From NCBI RefSeq assembly GCF_000143415.4, contig NW_003314718.1, forward strand, positions 1-5,679: a stretch of 5,679 nucleotides of DNA, written 5' to 3'. This stretch comes from Selaginella moellendorffii (lineage: Eukaryota; Plantae; Lycopodiophyta). The notes under the pieces were generated by a model. It worked only from the letters and a program-made list of their open reading frames with translations, was not told the origin of the DNA and ran no database searches. This document shows, piece after piece, positions 1-5,679 of this stretch. Within the stretch, counting starts at the first letter, position 1, and each line of letters starts with the position of its first letter. A program made the position numbers and the translations under genes.

Positions 1-435
1 TATGAAGAATAATTACTGTTATCATAACATATTAATCTTGGTTGTTCTAACCAACTATATTAAACTTAAGATATTTTATTAAAAACTCATAAAAAGATAG
101 ATGTCAAAAGTATAAAGTAAGGATTTTTTTCTTGAGGAAACTGAATTTTGCAACATAAAACAATGAATATGTGATTATGTATGCATACATTATATATTTA
201 CACATGTGTGGAGTTTTTTTTAGTAATTTTGTTAGTTATACGTGTGAGTTCGAGGTGTACAGTTACAATGCCATATATTAATATTTGTGTAGTTAGTCAT
301 ATGATTGATTTTAATTTGGACATGAATGTCATTACCAACTAAGTTTGATTGATCAACTGCAACTATATAGCATCAAGCAATTACACAAATTGCACCAATT
401 GTTACTTTAGAATCAAATAAGGAGTTTCCCCTGCC

Positions 436-490
436 ATGAAAATGAAAGAAAAGAAAATAAAAAAGAAAAAAATAAAAATGAAATGAAATA
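436..490. repeat. A-rich low-complexity tract
   Basis: atgaaaatgaaagaaaagaaaataaaaaagaaaaaaataaaaatgaaatgaaata. Confidence 0.6.
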
Positions 491-942
491 GTTCATATTC
501 AGGAGCAAGTAAACACATGTAAATGTTTGTGTGTACTATAATAATAATATAATCCTTCTAAATGTAAATAAATTCTCAATTGATGATATCAAAACTCATT
601 ATTCTAAGTAATTTATGGCAATTGCAAAAAGCTTTACATACATTTCTAACATTTAAAGAACTTTATTAAAAAATAAATTACAAGATTTTATTAGTTTCAT
701 AATAGTGCAATTACTAGTATCTTTATGAGCAAAGGATAATAGTTGAAGACTGGAATTATCCAATTTTAAAGTCCATCGCATTATACAGGTGTACCAAAGC
801 ATCACCTGCTTAAAAATATAGAACTAGGTAGACAATATATGTACTAGATGTTTGACAATTGATATAGCTAAGATGTTTCGCTCACTCACCCATATTCTTC
901 CCCAGAAAATCATATCACATGTAATTACGTTTAAGTCCATCC

Positions 943-949
943 TATTTAA
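943..949 (+). promoter_or_regulatory. Candidate TATA box (TATTTAA) of the Hog gene
   Basis: cc-TATTTAA-g lies about 60-70 nt upstream of the ATG, a typical plant core-promoter position. Motif match only. Confidence 0.45.
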
Positions 950-1010
950 GCAGTGCATGGCCAATGATTCTTCATATGCTTAGTGTCTCCTTAAGTATAT
1001 TTGAAAGGCA

Positions 1011-1076
1011 ATGGCTTCTCTAGCTGCTGTGTTTGCTGTGGTCTCTCTTCTTGGATTGTTTTCCACCGTGTTTGCT
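1011..1076 (+). other. Predicted signal peptide (about 22 aa)
   Basis: MASLAAVFAVVSLLGLFSTVFA: uncharged hydrophobic core ending in V-F-A, which fits the -3/-1 small-residue rule. Judged by eye, not computed. Confidence 0.8.
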
Positions 1077-1979
1077 ACTAATATAGTGAGTTGCACTACT
1101 ACTGCTGATTGCACAACAGCGGGGCTAACTGGATTCACATGTAACAATGGAATATGTCAAAACCCTGGATGCTTTCCAGGTAATAAAGTTATTCTCTACA
1201 AATTACACTGTGCTATGTAACCATGCAATATCTATCTAGGTGATGCAATGGTTCATATGTACAGTGGAGAAATGAAGACCATGAAGGAACTTAAGATTGG
1301 AGATAAGGCAAGATCCTAGCTAGTAATCCACTTTGCTTCACATGATTAATGAGTTTCTACAGGTTGCTGTTGGGAAGAATTCATTTTCGGATATCTACGC
1401 GTTTGGTCACAAGGATCTAGATGTTGTCTCTGAATTCGTGCAAGTCAAGACCGAAGCCAACACCTTGGAGCTTACAGCCGGTCACTTTGTCCCCAGTAAC
1501 ACCAAAGGAGAGATAATTTAACAGCGAGCTGCTGATCTCAAAGTTGGCGATAGCCTGTCCACAATCTCTGGAGCCTCACCAATCACAGGTACAAGAAACC
1601 ACACCTCTTAATGCTCTGTAATAACACAATCTTGATATACGCAGAGATCTCAAAGGTTGACAAGCTGGGACTCTACAACCCCTTGACACTGTCGGGCAAC
1701 ATTCTTGTCAATAACGTGGTGGCCTCTGTTCACAGCGAATGGTTCTTAGATTCTCTGTTCGATGCCCTTGGTGCAAGCGAATACCTCCCATATGCATACC
1801 AGTCACTGCTCGCTCCAGTTCGTGCTCTTTACAACATCGCGGGAAGCAAGCTCTACTCGGCTGGCTACTCCATGCTCGATTCTTGCGTGAATGTGGCAGA
1901 CTCTGGCACCAAGTATGGAGGCCCCATTGCTATCACCATTGGTATTGGAGCTCTAGCCTTTGCCGCTCGCTCCATTTAG
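1011..1979 (+). CDS. Secreted Cys-rich-peptide / hedgehog-like Hog (Hint + SRR-like) precursor; exons 1011-1179, 1240-1307, 1363-1588, 1645-1979; one in-frame TAA at 1519-1521 (nonsense allele, young pseudogene, error or readthrough)
   Basis: Manual splicing gives 798 nt in a consistent frame: MASLAAVFAVVSLLGLFSTVFA-TNIVSCTTTADCTTAGLTGFTCNNGICQNPG|CFPGDAMVHMYSGEMKTMKELKIGDKVAVGKNSFSDIYAFGHKD...LELTAGHFVPSNTKGEII*QRAADLKVGDSL...ISKVDKLGLYNPLTLSGNILVNNVVASVHSEWFLD...LAPVRALY...PIAITIGIGALAFAARSI. The Hint motifs (GCF, L.IGD.V, TxxH, A.DL.VGD.L, G.Y.PLT..G...VN.V.AS) fall in order across the splice junctions. Confidence 0.9.
1077..1169 (+). other. 31-aa four-cysteine module (C-x5-C-x9-C-x4-C), the predicted released N-terminal product
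   Basis: TNIVSCTTTADCTTAGLTGFTCNNGICQNPG lies between the signal peptide and the Gly|Cys autocleavage site. Confidence 0.75.
1180..1239 (+). other. Intron 1 (60 nt, GT-AG, phase 1)
   Basis: CCAG|gtaata...tatctag|GTGAT. Splicing restores CFP-G-DA. Confidence 0.88.
1308..1362 (+). other. Intron 2 (55 nt, non-canonical GC-AG, phase 0)
   Basis: AAG|gcaaga...ttctacag|GTT. Splicing restores the Hint motif LKIGDK-V and removes an in-frame TAG. Confidence 0.85.
1589..1644 (+). other. Intron 3 (56 nt, GT-AG, phase 1)
   Basis: ACAG|gtacaa...tacgcag|AGATC. Joins ...SPIT-E-ISKV in the frame of ORF 1611-1979. Confidence 0.85.
1734..1850 (+). other. Sterol-recognition-region-like segment (makes the Hint a Hog domain)
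   Basis: AYQSLLAPVRALY (LAPVRALY at 1809-1832) resembles the hedgehog SRR helix motif (F/L)AP(L/M)RL, at a comparable position after the Hint. Confidence 0.7.
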
Positions 1980-2028
1980 AGCAGCCGCATTCTTACAAAG
2001 AAAGAATAATCAAGTGAATTATTTGCAC

Positions 2029-2822
2029 TTAATCATAGCTGGATGCGAATAGTACATAAGCCGCTGAATCAAACTCATCCAAATCCATCAAACGCTTGAA
2101 TGCCACCTTTCCCACCTCAAGATTCTTCCACCTTCTACAAGCATCTAGGATAATTCTCCACAACACCACCAACTTAACGTTGCTAACACTTTCCACCGAG
2201 CTAACCATGTCTACTGCGGCATTTAGTTCATTGGCTCTACCTAGAAGATCCACCAAGCGCACAAAATAATCCTGCGAAGGAATCACTTCTGCAAAGAGTT
2301 TCCTGGCGGCCTCTAGCTCGCCACCGTGGCTACAAGCAGTGATAACGCTAGCCAGAGTTTTAGCGTCCAGTCGAAACCCCTCCTCTTCCATTCCACAAAG
2401 AAGCTCCATCACAAGCTTGGAGCTTCCTTGACGGCCATAGCCTTCCACGAGAGCTGTCCAGGCCGCTAGCTCCTTGGCAAAGATCTTATCAAAAACCAGT
2501 CGAGCGTCCACCATGCTTCCACACTTGCAATAGAAGTCGACCAAACTAGTCCCAACGGTGAGAGATTCTTCCATCCCCATGCGGCAAGCTAGAGCATGAG
2601 TGGCTTTGCCCCGTCCCAGAGAGGCCAGGCTTCCACAAGCCTTGAGAGCAGCAGCCAAGCTGTGAGCATCCAAAACTCAAGGAGGAATCTCTCGAAAGAG
2701 CTCCAAGCCTAGTGCTGCTTGCTTGTTCTCGGCATAGCCCAGGACCATCGAGTTCCATGCTGCGACGTCGTCTCTCGGCATCGTGTCGAAAACTCGTCGA
2801 GCATCCCCCATGCTCCCACACT
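2029..2822 (-). pseudogene. PLS-class pentatricopeptide repeat (PPR) gene with partial E domain; 5'-truncated, in-frame TGA at 2679-2677
   Basis: ORFs 2677-2916 and 2029-2673 share a frame and are separated by one TGA: CGSMGDARRVFDTMPRDDVAAWNSMVLGYAEN...LELFREIPP*VLDAHSLAAALKACGSLASLGRGK..H...SLVDFYCKCGSMVDARLVFDKI...AWTALVEGYGRQG...VITACSHGG...LVDLLGRA...LWRIILDACR...AAYVLFASSY. PPR similarity stops at about 2822, where retrotransposon sequence begins. Confidence 0.92.
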
Positions 2823-3405
2823 CTGATCCCTTCGATAATCTTTGTGTTACAGCGGTTGACCGGCTCATGAAGGAGTATTTTGATCTCTTTGAATTTGATC
2901 TATCGCCTGGGGCCAAGATTGCTACACGTCATCCGATTCCAACCGGGGATGCTCGTCCAATCAAGGTTTTTATTCGTCGTTGGTCACCCAAAGAGATTAA
3001 GATTTTATGTGCAAATGTCAAGAAGATGTTGAAGAAGGGTGTTATTCGGAAGTTGCAAAGTCCTTGGGCATGTGAACCTCATCTTATGACGAAGCCTGAT
3101 GGGAGTATTCATTTCTACATTGACTATCATTCATTAAACAAAGTGATGAGCCAAGATGTGTACCCTCTTCCTCATATTGTTGATCTTTTAGATCGTCTGG
3201 GGCGAAGTCATTAGTTCACCAAACTAGATCTTACTTCTAGGTATTGGCAAGTACCGATGGCCAAAAAAGATATTTTTAAAACTACTTTTCATACACTATT
3301 TAGTTTGTATGAGTTTTTGGTGATGCCGTTTAGTTTAAACAATGCTCTAGCAACTTTCTAGCGGATGATGGACGAAGTTCTTTGCAATGAGCCCGAGTGT
3401 GCTTG
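2823..3405 (+). pseudogene. pol: Gypsy reverse transcriptase, N-terminal half (YxDD region deleted)
   Basis: HPIPTGDARPIK...VKKMLKKGVIR...SPWA...KPDGSIHFYIDYHSLNKV...YPLPHIVDLLDRL...[15 protein letters not shown]...KTTF...[25 protein letters not shown]. Confidence 0.93.
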
Positions 3406-3413
3406 ATCAGTGC

Positions 3414-3690
3414 CATCTCATTGCATATATAAACCGTATATTGCAATCAGTGGAGGTGAATTACAGAAGGAGTGTTTAGCAGCAGTCTAGGGTTTTGAGA
3501 AACTTCATGCATATTTACATGGTTTTCGGACGTTAGTTGAAGATGATTATGTTAATATTACTTCATTATTGAAACGAAAAAACTTGGTTGGTCGTACTAC
3601 TTGGTGGGCTTTGAAGCTTTAGATATATAATTTTGATGTTTTTCATCACCTAGGGAGTTTTATAGTTGATGCTGATGGCATTTCTCTAAC
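3414..3690 (+). pseudogene. pol: Gypsy RNase H, C-terminal part
   Basis: HLIAYINRILQSVEVNY / (frameshift near 3465) KECLAAV*GFEKLHAYLHG...GRTTWWALKL*IYNFDVFHHLG...DADGIS. Confidence 0.88.
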
Positions 3691-3930
3691 TCCTCTTCCT
3701 TCTGCACTCTCTTCTCATGTTTTTAACGAGTTTGTTGTTCTAGCATCTGTGGATTTTTTAGACGAGGATTCTGTGCCGTCGGCAGTTGCTGCACTTGATG
3801 TTCAGTGTCCACAAGGTGCATAGCAAAATCTACCCTCTTTTGATGAGGTTCGCAAAGGTCAAAAGATTGAGTCGTGGATTCAAAGGCTTCAAGATGGGTT
3901 TGAGAATCTTGCATCACTTGCTGATACCTT

Positions 3931-4680
3931 GAAGACAGCCTTCTTTATTTTGATGATCATTTACGGCTGATGGTGCCTTCTATCTTTATTCCATGGTTTC
4001 TCCATGGCTATCATGATTCTCCTCTTCTAGGTAGGTATATAGGGCATTGTAGTGTAACCAAGAAGCTACGCAGATCTTTCTATTGGCCGGAGATGCGACG
4101 TGATATTATCTAGTATGTGCGTAGCTGTGTTTGGTGCCAAGCTCGTAATACTCCCCCTCGTGCTATGGAAGGACGATTAGAGTCAATTGCAATTTCCCAT
4201 TCGTTTGAGTTGGTGGCATTTGATCTTATAGAACTTTTTCCATAGTCGACTGCTGGTAATGAGTATGTTATTATTGCTTCTGATTACTTGATTACTTGAC
4301 TTGTTGAGTGAAAGTTGGTGCTCTTGTTAGTGCCTCTGCAACTTTTGTTAGATACTTCCTCCTCAATCGAACAGTGTTCTAGCATTCTCGTTCATAGTGG
4401 ATTCTTTCGAACACTTAAGTCATGTATAAATGTGACAACAATGGCGCTACAACTCCCATCATCGTTCACTTGCGGAGTACAAAGTGGATGACTTAGTGTT
4501 AGTCCATTTTCCCCATTTTAAGGTACGTGGTTTATCTAAGGGGTTTATTGCTCAATGGAAAGGACCGTATTAGGTGTTGTGGCAAGTTGGACCACAAGTT
4601 TATGAAGTTTGCAATAATGTTTAGCAGAATGATCTTCTAGATATTGTGCATGTGTAGTGGTTAAAATGCTTCATACAAAG
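3931..4680 (+). pseudogene. pol: Gypsy integrase remnant (HHCC zinc finger, partial core, GPY/F module; no chromodomain seen)
   Basis: LLYF...RLMVP...YHDSPL...FYWPEMRRDII*YVRSCVWCQ...FELVAFDLIELFP*STAGNEYVIIASDYL...FLLNRTVF*H...ILSN / deletion / RYN...EYKVDDLVLV...WKGPY*V...VYEV...IVHV*WLK. Confidence 0.9.
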
Positions 4681-4788
4681 GGATCAGAAGCAATTAATAC
4701 CACTTACAGATCTGCCAATGCCTCCTCCTAACGTTCTTCCAGATCCCGGCCCATCTACAAAAGAACCTTGATGGTGTTCCATTATTCT

Positions 4789-4800
4789 GAAAGGAGGGAA
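4789..4800 (+). other. Polypurine tract (PPT)
   Basis: GAAAGGAGGGAA: 12 consecutive purines downstream of integrase, directly followed by TGATGTG. Confidence 0.75.
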
Positions 4801-4937
4801 TGATGTGAAGGCCAAGTGTATGGCTATGATGCCATATACTAATATTAGTATAGTGGGATTTTGGTAGCCGTCGGATTGGTTTCAATCCGGACCACTCGCT
4901 CCTGTATATAAGCTAGGGTAATTGATATACACAATCA
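4801..4937 (+). repeat. Putative 3' LTR (start 4801 or 4804; end uncertain, possibly truncated)
   Basis: Begins with TG after the PPT and contains TATATAAG (4905-4912). An imperfect inverted terminus CACAATCA lies at 4930-4937, after which the sequence becomes very AT-rich. No 5' LTR is available for comparison. Confidence 0.5.
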
Positions 4938-5679
4938 AAGCTCTAAAATAATGAAATTTATAAATAATCATTAGTTACAAAATAACTAACAATCACTCTT
5001 AAATTTGTTGTCATAAGGCTCAAACACTAAATTTACATCATTGAGTTATATATTTGTCCAACATAAAAGTAACACTCTAAATACAACATATAGAAACATA
5101 AATAATTACAGACAAAATGACTACTTAAATCCAATCATACAACAATAACCCTACTAACATCTTTAACAAATAACTCTAAGTACAAATGAAGAGGTTAGCC
5201 ACAAATGATTAACATTTAGTTGAAACTAAAGGGAAGACTATGAGATGGATTTATATACCTAAAACTGTTATTACTTTAACTGCAAACAACTAAGCTAAAT
5301 ATCACTATCTTAAACTAAGTCAAGTTTAATTAGAGTTAACTACTCTCATTAAATTTAACTAAATATAAGATGTAATCTACCAACAAATATAATGTTACAT
5401 AAGAAAAGCCTAAGGGAAAAAAACAACAACCACTTTTTTACTTTAATTTTAGTCAACTTTAACCCTTTCACTAAATGGCTTTCAAAAATGAAATGGTTTT
5501 TGGGCAAAATAATCAACAAATCAACCATTAAGAAAATTTGTGGAAAATTTTCTTTACTACAAAAAGAATAACTTTTAATCCAAGAATGTAAATTTTTAAT
5601 ACTCAACCAACTTCCTCTTATTTACAATTTCATATATATTCATTTCTACATCAATTTTTATGACTCAACAATATGCCTA

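Larger units (their letters stand above)
1170..1733 (+). other. Hedgehog-type Hint autoprocessing domain (spread over four exons)
   Basis: Nucleophile Cys TGC 1170-1172 in G|CFPG. Block-B T-A-G-H at 1474-1485. C-terminal GLYNPLTLSGNILVNNVVASVH resembles hedgehog G.YAPLT..GT.VVN.V.ASCY. No intein-type terminal His-Asn followed by Cys/Ser/Thr. Confidence 0.9.
2823..4937 (+). mobile_element. Degenerate Ty3/gypsy LTR retrotransposon remnant (non-chromovirus); 5' LTR, gag and protease absent
   Basis: Domain order RT-RNase H-integrase, then a polypurine tract and a TG-starting LTR. Many stops, frameshifts and deletions. The right boundary is uncertain. Confidence 0.92.

Noticed and set aside
221-410. 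Terminal inverted repeats pairing with the 4950-5130 flank (for example ttgttagttat / ataactaacaa)
   Set aside because: Only scattered short matches (up to 11 nt), not collinear, as expected in very AT-rich DNA.
1011-1220. 69-aa ORF as a standalone Cys-rich peptide gene
   Set aside because: It is exon 1 read into intron 1. Splicing at 1179/1240 continues the Hint motif exactly. It could exist only as an intron-retention isoform, for which there is no evidence here.
1489-1524. Micro-intron that would remove the TAA at 1519
   Set aside because: GT1496-AG1524 is 29 nt and shifts the frame into a TGA. GT1489-AG1524 is in frame but only 36 nt, has a poor donor (GTCCCC) and would delete Hint residues right after TxxH.
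1170-1736. True protein-splicing intein
   Set aside because: There is no terminal Asn/Gln after the His and no endonuclease domain. The SRR-like segment and signal peptide point to a Hog domain.
1739-2017. 92-aa overlapping ORF
   Set aside because: Alternate-frame shadow of exon 4 with no recognisable motif.
2677-2679. RNA-editing or selenocysteine rescue of the PPR TGA (and of the Hog TAA)
   Set aside because: U-to-C editing in plants is organellar, land plants lack Sec insertion, and the PPR is 5'-truncated anyway.
2546-2821. 91-aa minus-strand ORF
   Set aside because: Alternate-frame shadow of the PPR pseudogene.
2783-3214. 143-aa ORF as a functional gene
   Set aside because: Chimeric. 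It starts at a GTG in antisense PPR sequence, runs into decayed RT and ends at a premature TAG.
3723-3917. 64-aa minus-strand ORF (likewise 4694-4885)
   Set aside because: Antisense to retrotransposon sequence with no recognisable protein features.
4872-4916. Helitron 3' end (hairpin plus CTAG)
   Set aside because: The hairpin-to-CTAG spacing (23 nt) is longer than typical, CTAG is not followed by T, and the LTR context explains the region.
5355-5606. 83-aa minus-strand ORF
   Set aside because: F/L/K/I-rich composition typical of chance ORFs in AT-rich DNA, with no motif.

Overview
Eukaryotic land-plant nuclear DNA. The 55-60 nt introns, a PLS/E-class PPR and a Hog domain suggest a lycophyte such as Selaginella, but that assignment is inference. 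The window has three components between AT-rich flanks. (1) A four-exon + strand gene (1011-1979) that the ORF track splits into pieces. Spliced, it encodes a signal peptide, a 31-aa four-cysteine peptide, a hedgehog-type autoprocessing Hog domain (Hint starting G|CFPG plus a sterol-recognition-like region) and a hydrophobic C-terminal tail. This looks like the precursor of a self-cleaving, possibly sterol-tagged plant Cys-rich peptide. It uses one GC-AG intron and carries a single in-frame TAA in exon 3. (2) A convergent, 5'-truncated PLS-E PPR pseudogene on the - strand (2029-2822) whose stop lies only 49 nt from the Hog gene stop. (3) A decayed non-chromoviral Ty3/gypsy remnant (about 2823-4937: RT, RNase H, integrase, PPT, start of the 3' LTR) joined directly to the PPR fragment, with large internal deletions and a strong CHG/CG deamination signature.
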